Below are positions 28,421 through 42,250 of a DNA stretch of 64,000 nucleotides, piece by piece; the first letter of the stretch is position 1; the number at the start of each line of letters is the position of its first letter. The translations under genes and the position numbers were made by a program. The DNA is from Lytechinus pictus (taxonomy: Eukaryota), in assembly GCF_037042905.1 (NCBI RefSeq), contig NC_087250.1:24492001-24556000 (forward strand). The letters are read 5' to 3'. Below the pieces are notes generated by a model. The model had not been told where the DNA came from, did no database searches, and saw only the letters and a program-made list of their open reading frames with translations.

Positions 28421-28838
28421 CCTTTCAGGACTGGTACATTAAATTACTGTCTCTACTTTTCTTTCTCTTTATATTGTTAAATCAATTTTCGATGGGTTAA
28501 TTTATGTAATGCTTTTGTTGTAATTTGATATGTATCTTAACAAAATATCTTATAACCTGATCATACTGTTGAGTGTTTATGTATTATCCTCATCCATTAC
28601 TTTCAGTTGTAGAAAGTTGTGTTGTTTGTCATCCCGAGTCTCGTGGAAGATCAGCTTTTGATGATTGAGCTTATCTAGTGAAATCATTAAGTAAAGAAAG
28701 AAATAAGCATATTTGCCTGCCTTCACTTTTGGTCTTAACGGTATCAGTCACCAGGGTGCAACCAAAATCAAAGGCAGGTTTCATTCCGAATCACGCATGG
28801 TAGAAGCTCTCTCTACCAGCCTTAAATGCCATGATATA

Positions 28839-29851
28839 CAGGGTGTATCGAAAAAAAGGAAACCCAAATTTGATCAATAATAATTTCAGAAATATAACTG
28901 TGGCAATAGTGGGGTTTATATCAACAGATAGATCAACCCATTGCCTTTCTTATGATAGCACTCTTAGCTCGTCACGCTCATGCATCACTGAACACCATTG
29001 TTCTGAAAAAGTGTTACAAAATGTAAAGTGGTTCACTCTCACGCATCTTTCATTTTCAAAATTAAACTTTTTTAGGATGAAGACAAAATGATGAAACATA
29101 TCAACAATTATTCATTTTCAAACTTTGTTTATTTTTCTTCACTTCTTGATCATTTCTTTTTTTAAATGTCTGTAACAAAAAAGAATAAGTCTCTGAACTC
29201 TTCAAGCTAATGCTGACGAAATGAGAAAGAAAAGGTGAGTGTGATGAAACAGCCTCAATGTTTTCCTCTGTCCTTGCTGACTTTCTTCTTCCTGATCTTC
29301 CTTTGTTGAGATTATGGCTCGTTCCTTCTGCTTCATACTTGCGCACATTAAGCCAAATTGTCTTCTTGGTAGGGGGGTCCCTATCCGGAAACATTAAATG
29401 AAATGATTCTTGAGTCTGGAGATAACTCCTTGTCTCATGATACCTTTTTACCAAGAAAGATCTCTGTGCAGTTGTGAGTTGCACCATGTTGGAAATCATG
29501 GAGTAGAAGCCTTGTTTAGTTAAATGAATAGACATTTCTAATTCATTCACCAAATTCATTTAATTAAAAGTCATTGGAATGCTTAACTAAAATCGTTTGA
29601 ATTGCTAATCATTTTGGGGCACATTCAAAGAAGCCACTCAATAGGCAATGAAAGTGAACCACCATGTCTTTTGTATAAATATTTCAAAAGGATGGTATTC
29701 AGTGAAGCGTGGACCCTGTAAGCTATGTTAGGTGTCATTAGAAAGGGAAAGAGTTGTAGTTTTTAGTGATATGACTATTATAATAAAAAAATCCATATTT
29801 TTCAAATTATACTCGATCAAACTTGGGTTTCCTTTTATTCGATACACCCTG
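28839..29851 (-). mobile_element. Internally deleted Tc1/mariner-superfamily transposon with transposase N-terminal HTH remnant
   Basis: TA|CAGGGTGTATCGAA...TTCGATACACCCTG|TA. From the ATG at 29487 it reads MVQLTTAQRSFLVKRY...PTKKTI...RSGRRKSARTEENIEAV (DUF4817/Tc3-like HTH). The catalytic domain is missing. Confidence 0.88.
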
Positions 29852-31571
29852 TATAGTTGTCGATTATCATCTATTACAAAAGTGAACTGTTAGCTCCTGT
29901 GGCTCTCGTTAAAATGTTTTATTTCATAATATTGATTTCAGTCGACCTATTCACTCTTATGAATCTTCAGTTCCATAGCTTTATTATATACTTATAGTTT
30001 GCAAATGGAGCACTTGGTCGCCATGCTAAGCAAAAGCTTATTAGCTTGAAAATCATTACAATCAAATATAACATCTCGAGCAATATGCTTGGTATTTAAG
30101 CAATTAGATCTACGTCATTCTGTTGCATCAAGTACATGTTTGGCCAAAGCTCTTGCTTGCGTCCATTAATACAATCAAAGTTTGCAAGCAATATGTTTGT
30201 GCATCTTCTCCAATGGGTTTTTGTATTATTATTTTAAGACTTTCTAGCTTTTATATCGTAATTGATGAAAAGAAAAATACTCTAAAAGGGTAAGAATGAA
30301 GGAAGATATAAGAAATATAAGAAATATTTTACCTGTCTATAGAATAGATAATCAGCAAAACGACGGCTAAATGGACCCGGATGTTTTACGCCCTGATAGC
30401 TGGGTGTTCTGCTTCTTGTTTGAATCTTAAACAGATGTGCATCATCAATGTTGCATCTTCATAATTCCGGAGTGCTGCAGTCCGTTGATCAAGTTCTAAT
30501 CAATCGAAATGAAATTATATCCTTTTCAAATCATTCTAACGGATGAACGGTCCTTGTATAATTTGAAGGTGTTAACACCGTTTAGCATAATCGATGATAT
30601 CTGTGGGGAATTTTTTTATGATATGGTGACAACTTCTATCATCTTCTCCTATGGAGTATGTTGATAGGTATACTGGTAATTATGATGTCAGGAGCAGGGC
30701 TCTAGTCATGTTACCGACGTGATCAGGCGATGGCAAAGTAGCGACTCGTCGAGTTGACGACAGACATATCATGTCTCTTAAATAATAATTAATTGTAATA
30801 TTTTGCAAGCTGACAGCCAATCACCGATGGGATGCTATTAAACCTCGGGGCATGCCGGTGTGTATCGCCATTGTATACATGTACATTATCTGTCATAATT
30901 ATTTTCTTGGAATATTATTTGCCTTCCGCGTTTTTGTTATTCCCTGTTGACTAAACTTATTATTCTCCTCTCTCTCCCACCCCCACCCCCACCCCTCTCT
31001 CTCTCTTCCATCATCTTCTTCTTCCTCATTCACAGTTTACAGTTCGAAGTTCATGAAGATTCAGATATATTAGGAGACGATTAATATAAAATAATTTAGA
31101 AGTATCAGTCTGAGATTCGGAGTTAAGTTAAAATTAATACTGGATGGACATCTAAGTCTTGAAGTCAGTCAGTCAGTATTAGTGTGGGTCTAGTATTCTA
31201 TAGTTGGTATTCTCTTCTATTCTCTAATGATCAAGAAGTCTTATTTATATCATTAGTTCTGGCCTTCTGGGGTGTAACAATTTAAGGTGGGAGTGATCTA
31301 AACTTGATCTGATTGGTCTACAGGTAACTGTCTCTGGTATAAGGGGTGTGGTGATGCTCTGTGCAAGTGACTGGGGCTGGGAGTGTGAGTCATACTTCTT
31401 CCATGAAGTAAGCTGACGTCACTGAGGGTTTGTCTTTTTATGGTCAAGGTTTAGGAGTTAAATGGTATGGGGGTTTTGGGATTCTTAGATGACATTAGGG
31501 GAGTTTGTTAACAAGTGAAGGTGAATGACTGAAAGGATAACAGGAAGTTAAATACATACTACATAATATTA

Positions 31572-32031
31572 AGTCAGAGCAGACTTTATTTCCACCTGGA
31601 ATATTTATCTTCTGTGGAATTACTTGCACGCCATCAATGAACTGTTTGCAGTTATTCTGACAGAGGAATTTTCAGTTTTCATCGAGATCATCTAACTGTT
31701 TAATGAACACTCTTCAACCAATGGATTGCTGAAATTGACTGTTAATCATCATCAACATCGTCTTCACGGACATTTCAACTCATTACAGTGACTCTTGTAA
31801 TTCATCGTGCTTCAACATCAGTTACATCATCGCCATCATTGTGAACTTTAATTTAGGGAATCTTCGCCAGCCAACTTGGATTTTACTTTGAATTATTAAT
31901 ACAATTTCAAGAGACGTAAGATTAATATTTATTTATGTTTTGTTTATGACTGTCATTTTTCTGTAATAAAAAAAGGAAATCAAGTTTAAATTCTAAAATT
32001 TGTCATTGTTATTGGTTGCAGTATCGTAACA
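31572..32031 (+). repeat. LTR-like dispersed repeat, copy 1
   Basis: About 460 bp highly similar to 53321-53793. It contains AATAAA and ends in GTAACA. No TSD was found. Confidence 0.55.
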
Positions 32032-32544
32032 ATATTTATGTTGATTTATAAGAATAAAGCTAAGAAGTAACCATTAGGACTACCCCTTCAGAGAAAAAAA
32101 AAATCATGTTCGAGCGGCCGATCGGGGAAAATATGGCTGAAAACAAATCCGGGCCCCCCTAGTGGCGAAGGCTGGATCCGCCCTTGATAAGGCGTACAAT
32201 ATATGAATGATAATGTAACAATTGCAATAATAACCACAATCAGTCATTCGAGATAAAAAGGAAATATAATTATTGAGGAAAAGGATATGTCTTAAGGGAA
32301 GATTTGAAGCCAAGAATACTGGTAGCATTTCTTATTGGAAGAGGGATTGCATTCCAAGTCTAGGCAGCTGCTACAGCAGAACGTTTTTCGGCAGAATTGT
32401 AGCGATGATTTAGAATCCCCTCCTGTCGACTATACTTCACACACTTTTGTTTTATTCGTCATGGATACGAGAGTCCACCAGTATAAGTCTGCATCCGATC
32501 AGTTTAGTAATGTTCAGACTTAGGGGGCGTTGGAAGAAAGTATT

Positions 32545-32930
32545 TGCGATCAATTGCCAATTTCTCTACTGCCAACTCGTCCACCCACCACATGGTCTAC
32601 TTTCATTTAGGCCAATGCCATTCCCTCCATCAACATTTCGTCTAACAACCATTTGGTCCAATCATCACTTCGTGTATGACCATTCGTCTCATAACCAGTT
32701 AGTCTAATATCCATTTCATTCTCTTTCATTCTGCAAAATTTGATGTTTAGTCCAATTAGAACAAATGGTATATGGACTAAATGGCTATTGGACCAACTTG
32801 CTATTAGACGGAATGTCATTAGACTAAATGAAAGTAGACCATGTGGTGAGTGGACGAACTGAGGGTAGACCAAATGATAGTAGTCGAGTTGGCAATTGGA
32901 CGATTTGGCATTAGACGAATTTGAATTTAG
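32545..32930. repeat. Small foldback-like repeat
   Basis: CCACATGGTCTACTTTCATTTAG (about 32588) is mirrored by CTAAATGAAAGTAGACCATGTGG (about 32824). Internal approximately 20-bp periodic units. Confidence 0.65.
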
Positions 32931-33567
32931 GGACCGAAATAGACATGCAAATGATAAAGTTTCTTGCAACGCCCCATTAGACTAGGCCAACTATTGATTT
33001 ATACTCAGAACAAATAGTTATTTTTCTGTTCATCATTTTCATTTATTGTTCAATTCACTTCAATCCAATCTTTATATCACAAATTAGATTAAAACGTACA
33101 AGGGCTGGCTGCATTAAACAAATTTATGTGTTTTGCTTTCTACCAGGTTATAAAAAAAATCCTGAATCATAACATTAATTTACTCAACTTTTTAATTAAA
33201 CTGGATTCGTGTCAGTTACACGTAATATTCATTTCAGTTTTATACGGCATTAGAGGTTCTTTGCTAAGGATATACACAATCAAGTGAACACAAATCTATA
33301 TTCTTTTGAATTAGCGCTGGAATAACATGGTAGCATGCAATATTCAATTTCAGTATTTTCATAGTACTGTATTAGAAGTTATACAAAATCAGCTGCATTA
33401 ATTGGGGTTATTTTTACCCAACTATTATAGATCTCCGAACCTACTTTCCTTTAAACTTACAAGCGGAATTAAATCCCCTATATAAAAAAAAGGAATAGGC
33501 ATATGACATATACAAACTTTCATTGTTTTCTACAGCATTGTGATTAACACATACCTACCTCCAATAA

Positions 33568-33812
33568 AGTTCCGAAGCAATGACGTCAGTTGCCATTGTG
33601 TCATGGCGGTCTTGTTATAAACAAATGAACCGGACGAATGAAAGCGTGTGCTTCTTATATTAGAAAATGGTTGCTAAGGAAATTTGATCGCTTGCAACCT
33701 ATTCTTCAGACGAGCCAAAGTCATACAAAATGTACAGACAATCGTCAGCTGCGACTCTGTTTATAACCAGCACGACATTACGCCATGGCAACTGACGTCA
33801 CACTTCGGAACT
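33568..33812. mobile_element. Small MITE
   Basis: AGTTCCGAAG...TGACGTCAGTTGCCAT is mirrored by ATGGCAACTGACGTCA...CTTCGGAACT. Confidence 0.65.
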
Positions 33813-35640
33813 CTATAAACCAACTGGTTTTCAAGTTTCGGTTCAAAATAAAAAGTTACTTTCTTTACTTTTGTCACCGTGGCAGATTTTGTTCAAAATA
33901 TAGTGGAAACAACAAAAGTCTAGTACGCAAAGAAGAATTCACACATTGGTCATGACTATTATCATAATAAATCCTGTAATTCATAATGATATCACAGAAA
34001 ACCAATACGATTTGACTATTAAGTCAATAATACAATACAACTTAAGTGAAATAATGTATATCAACATCAAACCTTGAAGAAATTCTCTTGACAGATAACG
34101 CACAAAGCTCTTCCAATACATTGCATTTTACTCCCCAAAAACCTACATGGAATAAGCTACTTAATGTGTAAAATATCGCTTATAATTTCAAAATGTTAAA
34201 TCAATGCGCTACATCAATGTAGCTTTTATTTCACTTGTATTATTTCTCACAAGCCCCCCCCTCCCCCCCCCCCAAAAAAAAAAAAAAAAAAAAAATGTTA
34301 ACAATCATCAAATACATGGTCAGACTGCTAAAACGCTATGTAGGCCCACTGTTATTTTTTTTTTTTGGGGGGGGGGTGGGGGTACACATTTCCACGAGAT
34401 GAACATTTTTTTTACTGAAGTTTTAGTTTATAGCCTAATAGTAATAACAATCTGACAATGAAGTTAATGCAACATTTTAAATGCATGGAAGTGTGAGAAA
34501 AAAAAATACGTTTTGTCAAAACGTTAAACACTTTGTACAATAAAAAAAAATATATAAATGATGACATTCGGAACGGTTTTACTCAAGCAGCATCACGTCT
34601 TCAGGCCTTGTCAAATAGTTTGGTAGCATACAATTATATTTCAGGAATAGCATAAAACACATAACAAATGTACATATATATTACAGCACATGTATTCATA
34701 AGGTGAAATATTTAGGCCAATGTAATAATATGATACAAAAAAAGTACTGTGGGCCTATACTCATTAAATATTTACATTTTTACACATTAATAATGAACAC
34801 GCATTTTTAGGCATAACAGCTTCATCACTTTCAACATTGATATTTTGTTGTAAGTGTTGCATATGACTTTTTCAAAATGTTTAAATTTTGCGAATATTGA
34901 CAGACTTTGAGTGTAAAACATGCAGAGTATAGTCTTTATGAATGCATGTTATGACTATTGATTCACGTATGGCTGTTTTACTCAAGGGCCATCCGAATTC
35001 ATCCAGCTACTACAAAAATATGTTCAAAGAAAAAAAACAAATTATAATCTGAATTTCGATGAATATCATAACTGCTATACATTTATACTTATGATCTTAT
35101 GAGCACAAAAGAAAAGGCGTAAAACGCCAAAAAGCGGGAAAAACTCTTTATACAATATTCTTTTGCATACCGTGCAACTGTCATGACTGAATTTGTTATG
35201 ATAAGCCACAACTGCATAGGGCAATAGGCCTCGCTCCATATAAGCAGTTAATCCATAATGAAAATGATACTTTGCGAAATATGGAAGAAAATACATGTTT
35301 ATTTCAATTGAATTGAAATAAACCTACTTTTTATTTCGATCTCCGTTTAAAATTTTCAAGTGCGTAATATGTCTTTGAATTATAATAGCCAGACATTCCG
35401 TTATAGACAAACATGTCATTACAATGAATACAATGGTTGTTGAAACGTCTTAAAAACTAATCATGTCTCGCTTTCAGTATCATTCTTATTTATATTACAA
35501 ACCTTTTTTTAAATACAAGTGTTTCTAAAATGTATACTTGTACAAAATATTCATCTGTTACTGAAATACATCCATACATCATAGGATACAAGAATACTTA
35601 CTATACAAAATATACAGAGAAAGTATTACTAGTAATATGA

Positions 35641-36232
35641 TTAAAGGAGAATGAAACTCTTGGAGCAAGTTAGCTTTTGTGAAAGCAGAAAAATCAAAGA
35701 ATAAGATCAACAAAACTTTGAGTAAAATAGGACTAGCAATAGAAGAGTTATGAGCATTTGAATGTCGAGATCACTAATGCTATGGAGATCCTCCCATTGG
35801 CAATGCGACCAAGATCTGTGATGTCACACACGTACAACTCTCCCATTCGGACACTGAAAATATACCCCAAAACATCTCTTTTTGCTCATTCTAATCATAT
35901 GACAAACGATTCATCAATAATATAATGTTGTGAAACCTCTGTACTTGTCATCTCATAAAGAAAACACCTAACCTTGTGATAGACTCTATAAAAAATGAGA
36001 ATATAAGTGAAATAAGTACTAAAGTAATGAGGGAGTTGTACGTGTGTGATATCACAGATCTTGGTCGCATTGTCGATGGGAGGATCTACATGGCACTAGT
36101 GATCTCAATATTCAAATGCTCATAACTTTCTTATTATTCATTCAATCTTCCTCAAACTTTCAACAATATGTTTCTTTGATTTTTCTCTTTGATATGGATT
36201 CAGCTAGTTTCAAGGGTTTCATTCTCCTTTAA
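35641..36232. mobile_element. TTAA-type MITE, family C
   Basis: TTAAAGGAGAATGAAAC...GTTTCATTCTCCTTTAA; near-identical to 57041-57560. Confidence 0.85.
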
Positions 36233-37522
36233 ATTCGTTTTGTTTGCTAAGATAAGGCTCAAATTAAGAATTTGAAATATAGTACTTTCTAGCATCGAAG
36301 TATACTGCACATATCTCATTCATGTTAAAAGGACCATACTGAAAGAAAAATCAGTTAATCTGAATACGTTTTCCTGTGTGAATATATTCCTAATAAAGTA
36401 ATGATGTTGCATCACGTATATATTTCAAAGTAGGCCTACTGTACACAAATCGCAGCTCTTTGTTCATATGGATTTAATCACAGCATGATAACGCAAGTGT
36501 AGCCTTTATGCAAATGTTTTTATTCAAACGTTTTTTTTTTGCTCTACATAAAAAGTTAAAGCTAAGAAATATATATAAGCATGTAGATGACTATCCTATC
36601 ATGTATTCGCATCGAAGCAAATTAGAGTAAATATACACTTTGTGTAAAATATCTTTTTACATAATAGGAATATCGTACATGAGATATATACAGATATATG
36701 TGCATGCAATGCATTGAAGGTTATACCTGTAAATTTATACAAACCAGTAATGAAATTTAATCTATAGTAGAGGAGCCTATACAAAATTCATTCATTAGTA
36801 ACAAGGAGGAAAATTCAATTTAATATATAGGGCCTATGGGGGTGAGGGGTCACCATTTTCAACACAGCTCTTTGTCAGCCCTACTCGAATAACTCAGTGT
36901 AAATAATAGGGGTAGGCAAATGACAATTTTTTTTTACGGGTGGATTCTATGGCGATTTTAGCTCCTGAGCACAAATCCGACAACCATTTTGACCTAGGAT
37001 GTAGTTTTATATTGGTTCCAAGCGATTTTTCAAAATTGCCGCCTAATTTGCTCCAAATCAGTGTTTTAACAGGTAAATCCTTAAACATCTATACAAATAG
37101 GGCTTGCAATGTATCCAACTACATGTTTTCATGGTCACTGAGCAAAAAGAATGCATGAATTAGATAAGTTGAGCCATTTAAAATGATGATTTTTAGTGAA
37201 AAACAGCGTTTTGGGATCATTTTTAGCAAAAATTGCTCCCAAATGACCTTTTTTTTTGTATATAGAACCTTGATTATCTGCTCATCTGTAGTTTTTTTAT
37301 ATGTCTAAATACATGTGTTCATGGCCACTGTGTCCAACAAGAGATGAAATATACATGTTTTTGTCTTTTGTACTGTCATTTTCAGTAAAGAAAATAAATC
37401 AAATTTTCTGTATTTTGGGGTATTATAGTGGATTTTTGTCAAATATTACCCACCCCCCCCCCCCTCCAAAAAAATAAAATAAATAGTTTCAATGCAGGAT
37501 TTCAGAAGCATACAAGTCATGC

Positions 37523-40500
37523 GGTTCTAGGACAACTACCCCCTGGACAATCACCCCCCGGACAACTACCCCCCGGACAATTACCCCCCGAGGACAATTA
37601 CCCCCGGACAATTACCCCCCGGACAATTACCCCCCGAGGACAACTACCCCCCGAGGACAATTACCCCCCGGACAATTACCCCCCGGACAATTACCCCCGG
37701 ACAACTACCCCCCGGACAACTACCCCCGGACAACTACCCCCCGGATAACTACCCCCCCGGACAATTACCCCCGGACAATTACCCCCCGAGGACAACTACC
37801 CCCGGACAATTACCCCCCAGACAATTACCCCCGGACAATTACCCCCCAGACAATTACCTTCAGAAAATCCCCCCTTCTCTCCAGGTTTCCGAAATATTTT
37901 CTTCTTTATCTTACGTTAATAACTTTTTATTTCTCTTTTATATTGCTCTTTCTCCTGTTCTCTTACTTTCTTCTTTTTTCCTTTTTTGTTTTTGTTTAGC
38001 GGCGCCTTCTGCATCATGAAAAATGGGGGGGGGGGGCTTGCACCCGAAACCTCCCGTTTGGCTATGCATATATACATCAGAAAATTTGTAAACCTGCCCT
38101 CATTCTAAGTTTTCATAGAACAATTGAACACGATTAGTCATAATAATCACAAATGCTGAATATCTCTGATTCCAACTGATCTGATTTTTTTCAATATTTA
38201 TTTTGGGTTTAATTTCAGGTAAGAAATCAGGCAAATAGATAAAACGTAAAAAAGACACCTTTATAGGTAGAAATATTGAAAGTCGATAACGCAACAATCA
38301 ACACTAACACTGTCAATTAGACCTATAAATCTGTTATTTTAAAACAGTTCAACTAACAAGAAGCTAAGAATTATGAAACAATTGGTGCACATTCCAGATT
38401 AAGATGTGGCTTTATAACTTAATACAGTAAGCTAAAAAACTTTATGCAAAGATAATACACACAAGAACACCTTGTAAATTACAAGGTGTTTTTGTGTGTA
38501 TTATTCTTGGGTGAAAGTAATTAAACATTAAAGTAGGTAATTAAGTACCAAATTTACTAAATAGTAAACAATATGACATAATCAAAAACAGTGTTTGTTT
38601 CTATACAAATTGGCAATCATGATAGTATACAATTCGTTTAAGGTGCATTTTAAGGACGGTTTGTAAGAATTTATAAAGAAGTAGGCCTATGCAAATCAAA
38701 TAAAGCGACCGAGCACCTTGAGCTGGAAATATTAATATTTAGACCATAAAACGGACATTTTACAAAGCACTTGAAAAATCAATTTGTAAATTTAAAAATA
38801 ATGAAAGCTCGATATCCGAGATGAAATATGTTTTGTATATTGACTTCGAAACTTGATATTTAAGCTCCATATCAGCCTATATTGAGCAAGATATTAATCT
38901 AATTGAAAAAGCAATGCGGGCGCGAAGCGCGAGCGGAAAATACTTGATATTCCGGTATGAAAATGGTGAATTTGAGCACTATCTAAAGCATTGTGTATGG
39001 TAATTGTGAAGTGGATTTGGAAAGCACTTAATAAATGATGCAGGTGTGAAGCGCGAGCTGATATCTTCATTATTATTTTGACCTAGGACCTGGACATTCT
39101 AGGTCTAATATAAGGACATTTTGTCATCATATGAAAATGATGACAACTTTCTTATTCCTCTTCCTGAGCGCGATATGAAACATATGAAACTGCGATATTG
39201 TCGATATTCTTTTCTGAAAAGGGACAATTTAGTCATTAAGAATTCATGAAAATTTTATTATCATATTTATTAATGTAAAAAGCCTAAATGAGTGAGTAAA
39301 ATGTGTTGACACTGAGGCCTGAAAACTGGATATTTAATCACTTTTGTAATCATGAATAGGATTTGTGAGTTGATATATTTTTAACAAAAATGCGAGCGCA
39401 AACCGTGAGACGAAATTTTTAGTAAACTGTCATAAAAGGGGGGTTTTAAGTAGTTTGTTATATAATTTGGCAAATCAAATAATGCGAGCGCATAGCGCAA
39501 GCTGCAAGTTATATTCACACCATAAAACAGACATTAAACAGATCACTTAAAAATCAGTTTGTAAATCAAACAAAATTATGAATAATGTCCGAGCTGAAAT
39601 ATGCTTTGTAATATCGACTTCAAAACTTGACATTTTAAGCTACATATCAGCCTATTTAGCAAGATGTGTATCTCATCGAACAGGCTATGCGAGCGCGAAG
39701 CGCGAGCGAAAAAAATAATATAGTGACATGAAATATATTTTAAATCATTTTCCAAGTCATCCCCTGACCTTTTTTTGCACTCGTCTCCCTCCTCTTATTT
39801 TTTCTTTTTTTCTTTCTTTCCCCCTTTTTTTCTTCATTTTTTTGCTCTGCCGATAGGGGGGGGGGGGGGGCCGGGCCCCTCGGCCCCCCTGGATCCGCCT
39901 ATGGATGGAGCTCAATTTTACAGCTTTCTTACGGCGTACGTTTGATTCCAAGATACTCGAGAATGCCTTGAGTACTTCTTACGTCAAACGTACGGCCGAC
40001 GTATGACTCTGTGCACCCCTTTGTCTAGGGGGTAATTGTCCGGGGGGGGTAGTTGTCCGGGGGGGTTATTGTCCGGGGGTAATTGTCCGGGGGGTAATTG
40101 TCCGGGGGTAGTTGTCTGGGGGGTAGTTGTCCGGGGGGTAATTGTCCAGGGGGTAGTTGTCCGGGGGATAGTTGTCCGGGGGGTAATTGTCCGGGGGGTA
40201 GTTGTCCGGGGGGTAGTTGTCCGGGGGTTAATTGTCCGGGGGGTAGTTGTCCGGGGGGTAATTGTCCGGGGGGTAGTTGTCCGGGGGGTAGTTGTCCGGG
40301 GGGTAGTTGTCCGGGGGGTAGTTGTCCGGGGGGTAGTTGTCCGGGGGTTAATTGTCCGGGGGGTAGTTGTCCGGGGGGTTATTGTCCAGGGGGTAGTTGT
40401 CCGGGGGGTAATTGTCCGGGGGGGTAATTGTCCGGGGGGTAATTGTCCGGGGGGTAATTGTCCTCGGGGGGTAGTTGTCCTCAGGGGGTAATTGTCCGGG

Positions 40501-40596
40501 GGGTTATTGTCCGGGGGGTAATTGTCCTCGGGGGGTAATTGTCCGGGAGGTAGTTGTCCGGGGGGTGATTGTCCAGGGGGTAGTTGTCCTGATACC
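37523..40596. mobile_element. Mutator/foldback-like (TU-element-like) non-autonomous transposon whose TIRs are 15-bp tandem repeats
   Basis: Termini GGTTCTAGGAC...GTCCTGATACC, with a 9-bp TSD AAGTCATGC (37514-37522 and 40597-40605). (GGACAAYTACCCCCC)n at 37529-37860 and the inverse array at 40025-40590. Confidence 0.85.
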
Positions 40597-40873
40597 AAGT
40601 CATGCAGCTATTGCTGTGTGTGCATGTACATGTATACATTTATATAAAGGGGCAATTCCGTAAAATATGTACGTCCAACATGTCCAACCCCTATATGTGG
40701 ACCTTCATGATTTTTTTGGTTTGTATCTGATTGTTTGTTCTTTTTACAGTCTGTAATGTTCTCAAATGACCATGATTTGGTCAGTTTATGAATTGGAGTA
40801 AGAATTGAGAAAAATGGGGGTCAGACGTACAAAAAGGTTGATCATTTTATGGAATAAATAGATGTATGTATAA

Positions 40874-40904
<31 letters not shown>

Positions 40905-42250
40905 GATATTTTCCGTTTTTCTGAGAATATCTCCACATTATTTATAACAAAATGGAAAAAAATGATATCAAATACCAGATTTATGTACATTGTTTATGTT
41001 GTCAAACATAAGGGAAAACAATTTAGATTTTCATAAACATTGTCAAATTGCTTTAGAAATGAGGGTTTTTATTAAAAAAAATCTGTTTTGCCATGCAATC
41101 TACAGCTTACTCATAATTTAATGTGCATTATTTACTCTACATTTGGTAGCAGAGTGCTGATGTCTTCAGCGATACTATCTTTTGATATGTACATGTTGGT
41201 GTGTTTTTGGTGAGGCGTTCAGGTTCTTCACATATTTCTTCAACTGTAAACAAAACTTCATCTGCTGCTTTCACAATCCCTATCTGTAGAATAACTGGAG
41301 CTATTATGGACCAAAGATTAACAAGTTCATCCAGAGCAAACGCCCATATGACCATTATAAACCTTTGAAACTGTATTGTAACTTTGCAAGGAGATCAAAA
41401 CAAGATTTTAATATCCTTGTCCAGTATCCATGGGCTGTTTTATCACTGAAATTCTTAAAATAGATATATGAACAGTTAATTCATGTTTAAGTAAAATGTT
41501 TTACTCAAATTACCACAGTTTATGCTTTGATTATGTCTGAGGTATTGGACCAGATTTTCTAAACGTCCATTAGAAATGTAAGACCATTATCAACCTTTGA
41601 AAAAGCATAAAAACTATTTTAAATTTGCAAGGAGATTATAAATGTATATACGGACATGCCAATCGATACAGGAATATATAACAACACTATCAAAACAAGA
41701 TTTGTATATCATTGTCCAGTACTGGGCTGTTTTTATCACTGAAATTCTTTACATAAATATGTGTACAGTTAATGTATGTTTAAGGAAAATATATTACGAA
41801 AAAATATGACTTTAAATATTTGAAAGTACAGATAAAGTAAATGGATACGTCATTGTTTTTATATATAACACCCTGAGAGAATTAAAAAAAGATTTATTCA
41901 AAACTAATTGTAAATCTTAACAATATAGCACAGCCATGCTAAATAGCTTGAATATTTTCTTTTTTGGAATTTAATAACCATATTTTGATTGGACAAAATA
42001 ACATGAATAAAGAAATAAACAGTGTAGTAGTTTTCACGGTACACCATGTATCTTTCTTGGGCAAGCGTACGTTGGTCCTGAAAAGGACCACCCAAACTTT
42101 ACGTTTCACAAGAAACATATACTTTGACAGTCAAATTTGACTTGACACGATAAATTATGTGTCACTGCAAATGTTTTGTTTTCCTCATATAAAGGCCTAT
42201 ATACGTATAAGCAAAGAGTCTATATTAATAGTGCGAATAAGGTGCCACAG

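Noticed and set aside
39984..40598. ORFs of 109-204 aa with PRTTT, GGSCP or VVVRG repeats (also 37428-37748)
   Set aside because: They are translations of the 15-bp tandem arrays in the transposon TIRs and are open in several frames.
41137..41355. 72-aa protein-like ORF (MVIWAFALDELVNLW...)
   Set aside because: No recognisable domain or convincing splice linkage, and it sits next to a local duplication. It could be a transposon relic, but I cannot support that.
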